NCBI GenBank assembly: GCA_023428265.1
Contig: JAEYYW010000013.1
Location: 1,943 to 65,942, forward strand
Direction: 5' to 3'
Length of the DNA stretch: 64,000 nucleotides
DNA from: Bacillota bacterium
GTDB taxonomy: Bacteria; Bacillota; Clostridia; Christensenellales; UMGS416
The translations under genes and the position numbers were made by a program. Within the stretch, counting starts at the first letter, position 1. Each line of letters starts with the position of its first letter. Below the pieces are notes generated by a model that was given only the letters and a program-made list of their open reading frames with translations, did no database searches and was not told where the DNA came from. Below, piece after piece: positions 47,670 to 56,524 of this stretch.

Positions 47670-48650
47670 CTATTGTTTTGCCTTGATCGGAATCAGCAGA
47701 TCCAACTGTATGCCATCATCGGATTTCCCAAGCCTCACATTGTTGATATAGTTCAAGCATTCTTCCAACAGCCCGAACATGTTCTCACCGCTATCCTCTT
47801 TGATGTTTGGCGCATAATCCGGATTGTTGTGCGCCCAGTCCCACAGCCACTCCCATTCGTGGAAGTTGCCCATCGGGATCATGTGCGCGGCATACAGCCC
47901 GCCTGGGAACTTCTTCTTCACCAGCGGTTCCGGCACCTCCATGTCGTCTGGGATCGTCACCCACATTTCGTAACCATAGGTGGGGCTGCTCTCGCTGGGG
48001 TTCGGGTGGTTGAATCCGAAATGCCGCAGGTCGGGCTTGATGCCGGTCAGGCCGCTTTCCGTCACAAATTTGTCGAGTGCGGCGGCGGCGTTCCTTTCCG
48101 GGTTCTCTCCCACGAAATGGCTGGCGGCCACTGTGGCTGGCGGCAGGAAAACAATGCGCACGTCGGTGAGTTTTGACAGGTTTTTGCTTGCCTTGTTCAG
48201 ATCTTCCATCGTAGGTTCCTCCTTGAAACGGATTTTGTCCAAAGACAAGGATTCGATCAGGCGCAGCAAGGTGTCATCGTCAAACAAGTCAGCCTTCACT
48301 TGGATCTGGTTGCGCTCCTGCAAGCGGCGGATCAATGCGGTCAGGATTGTCCGGATGGTGGAAAGGGCTTCCAGTTCAGTGTCGGTTTCGGCACAAGCCT
48401 GATGGAATGCGTCGAGTGCCAGCGAAGCATCATTGCTTTTCAGAATATTGCCGATGGCTTTCAAAGGGATACGAAGCTTTCGCAGGATGATGATTTGCTG
48501 CAGGCGCAGGATGGAATCCTGATCATAGGCCCGATAAGCCGACCCGGGCTGGCGGCAGCTGTCCAGCAGCCCGATTTGCTCATAATAGCGCAGCGTACGG
48601 GGTGTGATGCCATAGGAATTTAAGACTTGCCGGATTGTGATGAGTCCCAT
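47670..48650 (-). CDS. MerR family regulator with GyrI-like effector-binding domain
   Basis: The internal ATG at 48650 follows AAAGGAGG. The HTH is ITIRQVLNSYGITPRTLRYYEQIGLL. The C-terminal domain is GyrI/AraC-effector-like. Confidence 0.8.
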   Translation of the reverse strand: MGLITIRQVLNSYGITPRTLRYYEQIGLLDSCRQPGSAYRAYDQDSILRLQQIIILRKLRIPLKAIGNILKSNDASLALDAFHQACAETDTELEALSTIRTILTALIRRLQERNQIQVKADLFDDDTLLRLIESLSLDKIRFKEEPTMEDLNKASKNLSKLTDVRIVFLPPATVAASHFVGENPERNAAAALDKFVTESGLTGIKPDLRHFGFNHPNPSESSPTYGYEMWVTIPDDMEVPEPLVKKKFPGGLYAAHMIPMGNFHEWEWLWDWAHNNPDYAPNIKEDSGENMFGLLEECLNYINNVRLGKSDDGIQLDLLIPIKAKQ

Positions 48651-48735
48651 GTGCGCGTGACCTCCTTTCTTCCGCTCAAGCATAGCCGATGACGCGACGT
48701 CAAAGTCAACAGCGAATTTTCGTTTTTGCATGCTA

Positions 48736-48764
48736 CAGAAAATGCAGCCGGAAAACCGTCTGCA
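48736..48764 (-). terminator. Rho-independent terminator after the arg-GNAT operon
   Basis: On the minus strand: TGCAGACGG-TTTT-CCGGCTGCA (one mismatch) followed by TTTTCTG. Confidence 0.55.
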
Positions 48765-48836
48765 TATCAGTATACCATTTATAGCTCTGTATAGCTCTGC
48801 GTTTGTTGGAGGGGAGGGCGGTCCAGCAATATGATC

Positions 48837-49349
48837 TCACACAGTCAGCCGGTCAAAATCCAGATCGCCGCAGTCTTCCAGTTCCTTCACAAACAGCCCC
48901 CGCCGGTAACCCGCTTTGGTTGCTTCCACGCTGTGCACATAGAACCCGCATCCATGGTAAAACCGCGCCAATGGGATCATCTTGACCGCCGTGTGCAGCG
49001 TGATGGCCCGAAACCCTTGCTGCCGGCACCATTCCACCGCAGCTTCCATCAGTGCCGACCCGGCGCCGCTCTGCTGCCAGGTGGGGGGCACGGCAAAACG
49101 GCTGATGTAGGCCACGGCGTCGTTCAGTTTCCTCACACGGATCGTGCCCACCATCTTCATGCGATTGTAGATCGCCACAAACACAGCCTGATTTTCGAAG
49201 GCAGCCCGGATATCATCCGCCGTTTCCAGCAACGCCGCCGGCTTCTCCGAAAGCTTCAGCAGCGCCTGGTATTCTCCAAAAGAAGACTGGAGGATGCCAT
49301 GAATCGCTTCGGCATCCTCTGTTTCCGCGGGGCGTACATACACGCTCAC
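48837..49349 (-). CDS. GNAT family N-acetyltransferase (candidate short-form N-acetylglutamate synthase)
   Basis: 170 aa. The acetyl-CoA-binding motif region is RFAVPPTWQQSGAGSALME. The GTG start overlaps the argF stop (GTGA). Confidence 0.75.
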   Translation of the reverse strand: MSVYVRPAETEDAEAIHGILQSSFGEYQALLKLSEKPAALLETADDIRAAFENQAVFVAIYNRMKMVGTIRVRKLNDAVAYISRFAVPPTWQQSGAGSALMEAAVEWCRQQGFRAITLHTAVKMIPLARFYHGCGFYVHSVEATKAGYRRGLFVKELEDCGDLDFDRLTV

Positions 49350-50314
49350 AGTTGGATTCCGCCCATGAGAAGGGCCATGACGGCCTTCTGGGCGTGCAGC
49401 CGGTTTTCGGCCTCGTTAAAGATCACGGAGTTGGGGCCGTCAATCACCTGGGCGGTCACTTCCTCGCCGCGATGGGCCGGCAGGCAGTGTAAAAACAACG
49501 CGTCTGGCTTGGCATGGGCCATCAGAACCTCGTCCACCACAAAGGGCTTGAAGTCAATCAGCCGCTGCTTGGTTTCCGCTTCCTGGCCCATGCTGGTCCA
49601 CACATCGGTATAGACGGCGTCAGCGCCGGATACGGCTTCCGCAGGGTTGTTGGTTACAAGCACCTTGGCACCGCTCAGCTTGCCGTTTTCCACACAAGCT
49701 GACACAATCTCAGCCTTGGGCCGGTAGCCGTCGGGGCAGGCAATCGCCACATCCATGCCCAGCTTGCTGCAAATCTCCATGAGAGAGTGGGCCATGTTGT
49801 GCCCGTCGCCCACGAATGCCAGTTTGAGCCCCTTGATCTGCTTTTTGTATTCATACACAGTCTGAATGTCTGCCAGCACCTGGCAGGGGTGGTGCAGGTC
49901 GGTGAGGCCGTTGATCACCGGGATGGAGCCATGCTGCGCAAGGCCTGCCACATCAGCGTGGTCAAATGTCCTGATCATGATGCCGTTGATGTAGCGCGAC
50001 AGCACCTTGGCGGTGTCTTCGATCGTTTCGCCCCGGCCCAGCTGGATGTCGCCGGAGTTCATCAGCAGCCCGTGGCCGCCCAGCTGGTGGATACCCACTT
50101 CAAAAGACACCCTGGTGCGGGTGCTGGACTTGGCGAAAATCATCCCCAGTGTTTTACCGGCCAGAATGGGGTGGGGGATACCGGCCTTCTGCTCCGCCTT
50201 GAGCTTCATCGCCAGTGACAGGATCGTGAGGATCTCATCCTCGGTGTAGCCCTGCAGGTTCAGCAGGTGCTTTTGCGAAAAGGGCTTCTTTGGCTGATAC
50301 TGCATCAAATCCAT
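49346..50314 (-). CDS. argF: Ornithine carbamoyltransferase
   Basis: FAKSSTRTRVSFE, HPCQ and HCLPAHRGEE. Internal ATG at 50314. Confidence 0.9.
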   Translation of the reverse strand: MDLMQYQPKKPFSQKHLLNLQGYTEDEILTILSLAMKLKAEQKAGIPHPILAGKTLGMIFAKSSTRTRVSFEVGIHQLGGHGLLMNSGDIQLGRGETIEDTAKVLSRYINGIMIRTFDHADVAGLAQHGSIPVINGLTDLHHPCQVLADIQTVYEYKKQIKGLKLAFVGDGHNMAHSLMEICSKLGMDVAIACPDGYRPKAEIVSACVENGKLSGAKVLVTNNPAEAVSGADAVYTDVWTSMGQEAETKQRLIDFKPFVVDEVLMAHAKPDALFLHCLPAHRGEEVTAQVIDGPNSVIFNEAENRLHAQKAVMALLMGGIQL

Positions 50315-50315
50315 G

Positions 50316-51512
50316 TCAAACCTCCGCCAGAATCCGGTCCAGTGTGTCGCAAAGCCCGTCAATTTCTTCCTTTGTGATTGTGAAGGGCGGCAGGAACCGC
50401 AGCGTGTTGTGGTTGGCGGTGCCCACCACATAACCATGATGCAGCGCGTGCTTCGCCACGTTCTTGGCTGCCACAGCACCGTCCAGCTCTATACCAATCA
50501 TCAGCCCCATGCCGCGCACATCGGCTACGGCGGGCTGGCCGGCCTTCAACTCCAACAGCTTGTTTTTGAAGTAGGCGCCATTGGCGGCGCATTGCTCGAT
50601 CAGGCCTTCTTCCTTCAGGATGCTCATCACTGCAAGCCCTGCGGCGCAGGCAAGCGGGTTGCCGCCGAAGGTGGTGCCATGATCGCCGGGGTTGAAGGCT
50701 GCCGCCACTTCCTCCTTTGCCAGCATCGCGCCGATCGGGATGCCGCCTCCCAACGCCTTGGCGGCGGTGAAGATGTCCGGCTCAATGCCGAAATGCTCAT
50801 AGGAGAAGAGCTTGCCCGTGCGCCCGATGCCGGTTTGCACTTCATCGAGGATCAGCAGCACGCCGTTGATCTTGCAGAGATCCGCCACCTGCTGCAGATA
50901 CTCCCGGCCCAGCTCGATCACGCCGCCTTCGCCCTGGATTGTCTCCAACAACACGGCAGCGGTGTGGTTGGTGATCGCGTTTTCCAATGCGTCGATATCA
51001 CCGGCAGGCACATTCAAAAATCCTGTCGGCAGCGGCTCATAGGGCCTTTGATACTTCTCCTGGCCGGTGGCCGCCACCATGGCCAGCGTGCGGCCGTGGA
51101 AGGAGTTCACCAGCGAGATCACTTCAAAGCGGTTCTTGTTGCGAGCCTTGTGGTATTTCCGGGCCAGCTTGACGGCGCCCTCATTGGCTTCCGCGCCGGT
51201 GTTGCCGAAGAACACGCGGTCTGCACAGGTGCTTGTCACCAGCTGTTCCGCCAGCAGCGCCTGGGGCTCGTTGTAATAATAGTTGGACACGTGGATCAGC
51301 TTGTCCAGCTGGGCCTTCACAGCTTCCAGATACTTCGGGTGGCCGTGGCCCAGGGAGCTTACGGCGATGCCGGTGAAAAAGTCGGTATAGCGCCGCCCTT
51401 GGCTGTCAAACAGCTTGGTGTCCTTTCCGTGGGTGAAATACAAGTCCCCCCGGTCACCAAATGTGTTCATATAGTATGTGCTGTCCAGCACCTTGATTTC
51501 ATCAATCGTCAT
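50316..51512 (-). CDS. argD: Acetylornithine aminotransferase
   Basis: Class-III aminotransferase motifs: GHGHP, LILDEVQTGIGRTG and TFGGNPLA. Confidence 0.9.
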   Translation of the reverse strand: MTIDEIKVLDSTYYMNTFGDRGDLYFTHGKDTKLFDSQGRRYTDFFTGIAVSSLGHGHPKYLEAVKAQLDKLIHVSNYYYNEPQALLAEQLVTSTCADRVFFGNTGAEANEGAVKLARKYHKARNKNRFEVISLVNSFHGRTLAMVAATGQEKYQRPYEPLPTGFLNVPAGDIDALENAITNHTAAVLLETIQGEGGVIELGREYLQQVADLCKINGVLLILDEVQTGIGRTGKLFSYEHFGIEPDIFTAAKALGGGIPIGAMLAKEEVAAAFNPGDHGTTFGGNPLACAAGLAVMSILKEEGLIEQCAANGAYFKNKLLELKAGQPAVADVRGMGLMIGIELDGAVAAKNVAKHALHHGYVVGTANHNTLRFLPPFTITKEEIDGLCDTLDRILAEV

Positions 51513-51518
51513 GGCAGG

Positions 51519-52385
51519 TTACCTCGTGAGCATCGTGCCGATGCCCTTGTCGGTGAAAATTTCCAGCAGGATGGGGTGGGGGACGGTGCCGTTCACGATG
51601 TGGGTGCGGTTCACACCCTGCTCAATGCCCTTGATGCAGCCCATCACCTTGGGGATCATGCCGCCGGAGATCACCTTCTGCTCGATCAGGCGATACACAT
51701 TGTCCACCGATATCACGGAGATCAATGTGGATGGGTCATCGGGCTTCATTCGGATGCCGTCAATGTCGGTGAGGAACATCAGCTTTTCGGCTTTTAGCGC
51801 GGCGGCAACCTCACCGGCCACAGTGTCGGCGTTGATGTTGTAACTCTGGCCGTCAGGCCCCACGCCGATGGGCGCGATCACGGGGATATACTCCTCTTTG
51901 GCCAGCATCTCCAGCAGTTTCACATTCACTCGGCTGATCTGGCCCACATAGCCATAGTCCACACCTTCTCTCGGCGGCTTTTTCACCACCTCGATCAGGT
52001 TTGCGTCTTTACCGCACAGGCCGATGGATTTGGCGCCCAGGCCATTAAGGCGTGAGACCACATCCTTGTTGAGCTTGCCCATCAGCACCATCTGCACAAC
52101 GTCCATCGTGGCGGCGTCGGTGATCCTCAAGCCGTTGTGGAATTTGGACTCTATGCCAAGCTTGTCAAGCATCTGGTTGATCGCAGGGCCGCCACCGTGC
52201 ACCAGCACGGGGTTGGCGCCGATGTATTTCAGCAAGGTGACATCCTGCAGGATCGTCTCTTCCTGCTCAGCGCTCACCATCGCGCTGCCGCCGTATTTGA
52301 TCACCACGGTCTTTCCGCTCAGCTGCTGGATATAGGGCAGCGCCTCAATGAGGATGCCTGCTTTCTCGACCAGGTTGAACATCAT
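51519..52385 (-). CDS. argB: Acetylglutamate kinase
   Basis: [18 protein letters not shown] and NINADT. The ATG at 52385 follows GGGAGG. Confidence 0.9.
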   Translation of the reverse strand: MMFNLVEKAGILIEALPYIQQLSGKTVVIKYGGSAMVSAEQEETILQDVTLLKYIGANPVLVHGGGPAINQMLDKLGIESKFHNGLRITDAATMDVVQMVLMGKLNKDVVSRLNGLGAKSIGLCGKDANLIEVVKKPPREGVDYGYVGQISRVNVKLLEMLAKEEYIPVIAPIGVGPDGQSYNINADTVAGEVAAALKAEKLMFLTDIDGIRMKPDDPSTLISVISVDNVYRLIEQKVISGGMIPKVMGCIKGIEQGVNRTHIVNGTVPHPILLEIFTDKGIGTMLTR

Positions 52386-52414
52386 TGTCCTCCCACATTT
52401 TGACTGTTTCAATA

Positions 52415-52443
52415 ATTATACGATCCAGTGTATAAAAATGCAA
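52415..52443 (-). promoter_or_regulatory. argB operon promoter
   Basis: On the minus strand: TTGCAT (52443-52438), a 17-nt spacer, then TATAAT (52420-52415). Confidence 0.55.
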
Positions 52444-52444
52444 T
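52427..52444. promoter_or_regulatory. Candidate ARG box (ArgR/AhrC operator) overlapping the -35
   Basis: TGTATAAAAATGCA (52429-52442) matches TGAATAAAAATTCA at 12 of 14 positions. I did not find a convincing second box. Confidence 0.35.
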
Positions 52445-52508
52445 ACTTGAAATGGTAAATATTTGATCTCTGTGGTATAATACGATATCAGAACAAATCA
52501 CTGAGGTG

Positions 52509-53210
52509 ATGAAAATGGGTTTAAACGAACTGAAATATGAGGTTTGGCAGGCGAACCTGGAGCTGGTGGAGCGCAAGCTCGTGCTTTACACCTGGGGCAA
52601 TGTGAGCGCCGTTGACCGTGAAAAGGGTCTTGTTGTGATCAAGCCCAGCGGCGTGGACTATGCCACGATGAAGCCCGAGCAGATGGTCGTGCTGTCACTG
52701 GATGACGGCAGCGTGGTGGAAGGCAGCCTTCGCCCGTCGTCAGACGCGCCCACGCACCTGGCGCTGTATCGCGCTTTCCCGGGCATTGGCGGCATTACGC
52801 ACACCCACTCCACCTGGGCCACGATGTGGGCGCAGGCCGGGCGGGGCGTGCCCTGCTACGGCACCACCCACGCCGATAATTTTTATGGCGAGGTGCCCTG
52901 CACGCGCCCCATGACGCCGGAGGAGATCGCGGAGGATTATGAGGCCAACACCGGCAGCGTGATCATCGAGCGTTTCCAGGGCATTGATCCCACAACGATC
53001 CCCGCTGTGCTGGTGTTTCAGCATGGCCCCTTCACCTGGGGCAAGAATGCCGCCAAATCGGTGGAAAGCTCGGCAGTGCTGGAGCAGGTGGCACAGATGG
53101 CCTATGCCACAGAGCTTACCAACCCCAACGTCAAGCCGATCCAGAAGGAACTGCTGGACAAGCACTTCCTCAGGAAGCATGGGGCAAATGCGTATTACGG
53201 ACAGAAATAA
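52509..53210 (+). CDS. araD: L-ribulose-5-phosphate 4-epimerase
   Basis: Near-colinear with E. coli AraD as I recall it: TWGNVSAVDRE, VIKPSGVDY, PSSDAPTH, THTHS and LDKHFLRKHGANAYYGQ. The start is ATG 52509 or 52515. Confidence 0.85.
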   Translation: MKMGLNELKYEVWQANLELVERKLVLYTWGNVSAVDREKGLVVIKPSGVDYATMKPEQMVVLSLDDGSVVEGSLRPSSDAPTHLALYRAFPGIGGITHTHSTWATMWAQAGRGVPCYGTTHADNFYGEVPCTRPMTPEEIAEDYEANTGSVIIERFQGIDPTTIPAVLVFQHGPFTWGKNAAKSVESSAVLEQVAQMAYATELTNPNVKPIQKELLDKHFLRKHGANAYYGQK

Positions 53211-53232
53211 CTAAAACAACACCCTCGGCGTA

Positions 53233-53261
53233 TTGTAATCGGCATTCCGATACAATATAAT
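53233..53261 (+). promoter_or_regulatory. Promoter of the serS T-box leader
   Basis: TTGTAA (53233-53238), a 17-nt spacer, then TATAAT (53256-53261). Confidence 0.55.
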
Positions 53262-53267
53262 AAATGT

Positions 53268-53475
53268 TGCTTTGATGGGAAAAATGGCCAATCAGCGCTC
53301 AAGAGAGCCGGCGGGTGGTGCGAGCCGGCGCGCAAGTCGCCTTTCCGTCCCGGAGCGCTGGAGCGATGAGCCCCACGGGCAGGCCCGATACAGCCGGTTG
53401 AGCGCCTCGCGCAGCGGGGAAGCAGGGTGGCACCGCGGTTCATACCGCCCCTTGGGAAACCAGGGGGCGTTTTTC
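53268..53475 (+). promoter_or_regulatory. T-box riboswitch leader (tRNA-Ser sensing)
   Basis: Stem I is CAGCGCTC (53293-53300) / GAGCGCTG (53353-53360), with AGAGAG (53302-53307) and a distal loop GGGTGGTGCGA. The T-box is AAGCAGGGTGGCACCGCG (53420-53437). The terminator GCCCCTTGG-GAAA-CCAGGGGGC + GTTTTT spans 53447-53475. Confidence 0.8.
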
Positions 53476-53501
53476 ATGCAAAATGATACGGAGGGAACAA
53501 T

Positions 53502-54773
53502 ATGCTGGACATCGCATTGATTCGCAAGGACCCCGAAGCCGTGGCCAAAGCACTGGCCAAAAGGGAATATGAGGTGGATTTCTCCGAGTTTCTGACCTGG
53601 GATGGCAAGCGCAGGCAGATCATCACAGAAGTGGAGACGATGAAGGCCGAGCGCAACCGCATTGGCAAGGAAGTGCCCGAGATGAAGAAGCGCGGGGAAA
53701 ACACCGACGAGCTGTTGGCCCGGATGAAGGAGACCGCCGACCGCATCAAGGAGCTGGATCAGGAAGTGAGCCAGCTGGACAGCCGCATTGAAGCCTTTGT
53801 GGCGGCGCTGCCAAACCTGCCGGCAGATGATGTGGCCGCCGGCGGCAAGGAAAACAACCAATATCTTCGCGAGTTCCGGGCAAAGCCCGATTTCGGTTTC
53901 AAGCCCAAGGATCATGTGGAGCTGGAGCTTTCGCTGGGCCTGATCGATTATGAGCGCGGCGTCAAGATGGGCGGCAGCGGTTTCTGGATTTATTCAGGCC
54001 TTGGTGCCCGCTTTGAATGGGCGCTGTTGAACTATTTCGTGGAGGAGCACCTGAAGGACGGTTATGAGTTCATCCTGCCGCCGCATATCCTCAACTGGGA
54101 GTGCGGCTTCACCGCCGGGCAGTTCCCCAAGTTTGAGGAGGATGTGTTCCGCCTGCAGGAGGATCAGATGGCTTTCCTGCTGCCCACGGCGGAAACGGCG
54201 CTTGTGAACCTTTATCGGGATGAGATCCTGCCGGAAAGCGCTCTGCCCAAGAAGCTCTTTGCCTATACGCCTTGCTACCGCCGGGAGGCCGGCAGCTACC
54301 GTGCCAATGAGCGCGGCATGATCCGCGGCCACCAGTTCAACAAGGTGGAGATGTTCCAGTTCACCACGCCGGAGGGATCGAAGGCCGCCCATCAGGAGCT
54401 CATTGAAAAAGCCGAGCGCTTGGTGCAGGGCCTGGGGCTCCATTACCGCCTGATGAAGCTGGCGGCGGGGGATTGCAGCGCCTCGATGGCGACCACCTAT
54501 GACATTGAGGTCTGGCTGCCGTCGATGAACGAATACAAGGAGGTCAGCTCGATCTCCAACGCCTATGAGTATCAGGCACGCCGGGGGCGTATGCGTTACC
54601 GCCGTGACGCGGACAAAAAGGTGGATTTCATCCACACACTCAATGGCTCGGGCCTGGCCACTTCGCGCATCCTGCCGGCAATCCTGGAGCAGCACCAGCA
54701 GGCCGATGGGTCGGTCACTGTGCCGGAGCCGCTGCGCAAGTGGGTGGGTGTGGATGTGCTGACGAAGAAGTAG
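53502..54773 (+). CDS. serS: Seryl-tRNA synthetase
   Basis: N-terminal coiled-coil arm (MLDIALIRKDPE...) and class II motifs (FRLQED..LLPTAE, YRREAGS, GSGLATSR). Confidence 0.95.
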   Translation: MLDIALIRKDPEAVAKALAKREYEVDFSEFLTWDGKRRQIITEVETMKAERNRIGKEVPEMKKRGENTDELLARMKETADRIKELDQEVSQLDSRIEAFVAALPNLPADDVAAGGKENNQYLREFRAKPDFGFKPKDHVELELSLGLIDYERGVKMGGSGFWIYSGLGARFEWALLNYFVEEHLKDGYEFILPPHILNWECGFTAGQFPKFEEDVFRLQEDQMAFLLPTAETALVNLYRDEILPESALPKKLFAYTPCYRREAGSYRANERGMIRGHQFNKVEMFQFTTPEGSKAAHQELIEKAERLVQGLGLHYRLMKLAAGDCSASMATTYDIEVWLPSMNEYKEVSSISNAYEYQARRGRMRYRRDADKKVDFIHTLNGSGLATSRILPAILEQHQQADGSVTVPEPLRKWVGVDVLTKK

Positions 54774-54792
54774 TGTCGACCGGGCTGTTATT

Positions 54793-54811
54793 ACCACCTC
54801 CCCCAGGTGGT
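54793..54811 (+). terminator. Weak terminator-like hairpin after serS
   Basis: ACCACCT-CCCCC-AGGTGGT with no clear U-tract. Confidence 0.35.
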
Positions 54812-54851
54812 GCAGGCTATTATTGATCTATTGGCCAACGGAGCGTGAAGG

Positions 54852-55742
54852 ATGATCCATCGACGGAGCAGCTTATTGCTCAAGCTTGCCGCCACTGTTT
54901 TGCTTTCTGTCGCGCTGATCACTGTGTTGAGCGGCTGCGACATGCTTTTGGCAACCACTGCGGCAAGCAGCGATCCCGGTGATTATCAGCTCAAGGTCGT
55001 GATGCTGGATGTGGGCCAGGGCGATAGCATTCTGATTGGCTCAGGAGGCGAATATGTGCTGGTGGACGCCGGTGAAAACGACAAGGGTGAGCTTGTAGTG
55101 AGAGACCTTGCGCGGATGGGCGTGACCGGGTTGAAGGCCGTCGTGGGCACGCACCCCCATTCCGATCACATCGGCGGGCTGGACACGGTCATCAAATCGC
55201 TGCCCGTGGAAGCGGTCTATCTGCCCCGCCGGACTGCCGACACTGAGACCTATGAGGATGTGCTGGACGCGGTGGAGGCTGCGGGTCTGACGATTACCGT
55301 GCCCAAACCCGGTGACACGATGAAACTTGGTCAGGCGGATATCAAATTCCTCTGGCCGCCGGCCAAGTATAAATCTGACAACGACAACAACCACTCCATC
55401 GTGATGCTGGTCTCCGCGGGCGGTCGCCGGGTGCTGCTGTGCGGCGACGCGGAGAAGGCGGTTGAAAAGAAACTGCTGGAGCAGGAAAGTGATTTGCGCT
55501 GCGACGTGCTCAAGGTGGCCCACCACGGCAGCGACACTTCCAGCACCAAGGCATTTCTGCAATCTGTCTCACCTGGCGTTGCGCTGATCAGCGTGGGGAA
55601 GGGCAACAGTTACAAGCACCCGGACAAAGCTGTGTTGAAACGCCTTGCGGAGATCGGCGCGCAGATTCACCGCACCGATCTGGAGGGCGATATCACCGTG
55701 ACTGTTGCCGATGGCGTCGTTACGGTTTCCGGATCAGACTGA
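54852..55742 (+). CDS. Lipoprotein with MBL-fold (ComEC C-terminal-like) hydrolase domain
   Basis: Lipobox LSGC, DVGQGDSILI, GTHPHSDHIGG and KVAHHGS. Confidence 0.8.
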   Translation: MIHRRSSLLLKLAATVLLSVALITVLSGCDMLLATTAASSDPGDYQLKVVMLDVGQGDSILIGSGGEYVLVDAGENDKGELVVRDLARMGVTGLKAVVGTHPHSDHIGGLDTVIKSLPVEAVYLPRRTADTETYEDVLDAVEAAGLTITVPKPGDTMKLGQADIKFLWPPAKYKSDNDNNHSIVMLVSAGGRRVLLCGDAEKAVEKKLLEQESDLRCDVLKVAHHGSDTSSTKAFLQSVSPGVALISVGKGNSYKHPDKAVLKRLAEIGAQIHRTDLEGDITVTVADGVVTVSGSD

Positions 55743-55769
55743 TAAGAAACATTGAAATATCACCTTTGG

Positions 55770-55800
55770 AAGCCGCGGCGAAAGCCCGGCTTTTCTTTTC
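55770..55800 (+). terminator. Terminator after the MBL-fold gene
   Basis: AAGCCG...CGGCTT hairpin followed by TTCTTTTC. Confidence 0.5.
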
Positions 55801-55876
55801 CCATTCAATGCTTTTTGTATAAATCCCTCCTTTGCTGTCAACAATTACCATAACAGCATATAAGGGAGGTTCAGAT

Positions 55877-56524
55877 TTGAAGAAAGTCCTGTTACTGGTT
55901 GCCTGCGCGCTGGTCATTGGCGGCTTGTACGTCGCCTTTGGCGGTGGCAGGACACCGGCAAACTCATTGCAAAGCAGTGTGATCCGGCTTCATATCCTTG
56001 CCAACAGCGACAGCAACGCCGATCAGGAAACAAAACTCAAAGTGCGAGACTGGCTGCTGGAAAAATGGGGCAAGAAGCTGATGGAGCTTAGCAGCTCCCA
56101 GGAGGCCTGGAGCGCGCTGAACAATTTGATTCCCGATATTAAAAACGATGTGGATGCCTATTTGAAGGATCACAAGATAGACTACGGTGCAACCGTTGAG
56201 GCTGGTGTGTATGACTTCCCCAAGAAGGATTATGACGGTGTGGTGTTCCCCGAAGGGCGTTACCACGCGCTGCGGGTGGAACTCGGCGCTGCGGCAGGGC
56301 GCAACTGGTGGTGCGTGATGTTTCCGCCGCTGTGCCTGATCGGTGAAGACGGGGAGATGAGCATTGACGATTATAAGGAGCTTGTCAGGAAGCTGGATGC
56401 CGAGGCTGAAGCACCGGAAGCGCCGGTCAGGTCATGGCTGTTTGACAAGCTGTTTGGCGCAGGCCAGTGGGATGAAGACTTTATGAAATGGGCCAGGGAA
56501 TACTGGGTGAAAGGTGATGATTGA
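55877..56524 (+). CDS. spoIIR: Stage II sporulation protein R
   Basis: TTG start 6 nt after AAGGGAGG. Signal/TM segment, then IRLHILANSDSNADQETKLKVRD and WWCVMFPPLC. Confidence 0.85.
   Translation: MKKVLLLVACALVIGGLYVAFGGGRTPANSLQSSVIRLHILANSDSNADQETKLKVRDWLLEKWGKKLMELSSSQEAWSALNNLIPDIKNDVDAYLKDHKIDYGATVEAGVYDFPKKDYDGVVFPEGRYHALRVELGAAAGRNWWCVMFPPLCLIGEDGEMSIDDYKELVRKLDAEAEAPEAPVRSWLFDKLFGAGQWDEDFMKWAREYWVKGDD

Noticed and set aside
48780-48799. Tandem direct repeat TATAGCTCTG x2 between the GNAT stop and the operon terminator.
   Set aside because: There are only two units of 10 bp, with no flanking inverted repeats and no further copies seen in the window. That is too little to call a functional repeat.
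55743-55876. Search for a sigma-F or sigma-G promoter upstream of spoIIR.
   Set aside because: No pair of elements with acceptable spacing matched the consensus sequences I remember. The CATATAA near the RBS is too close to the start codon.
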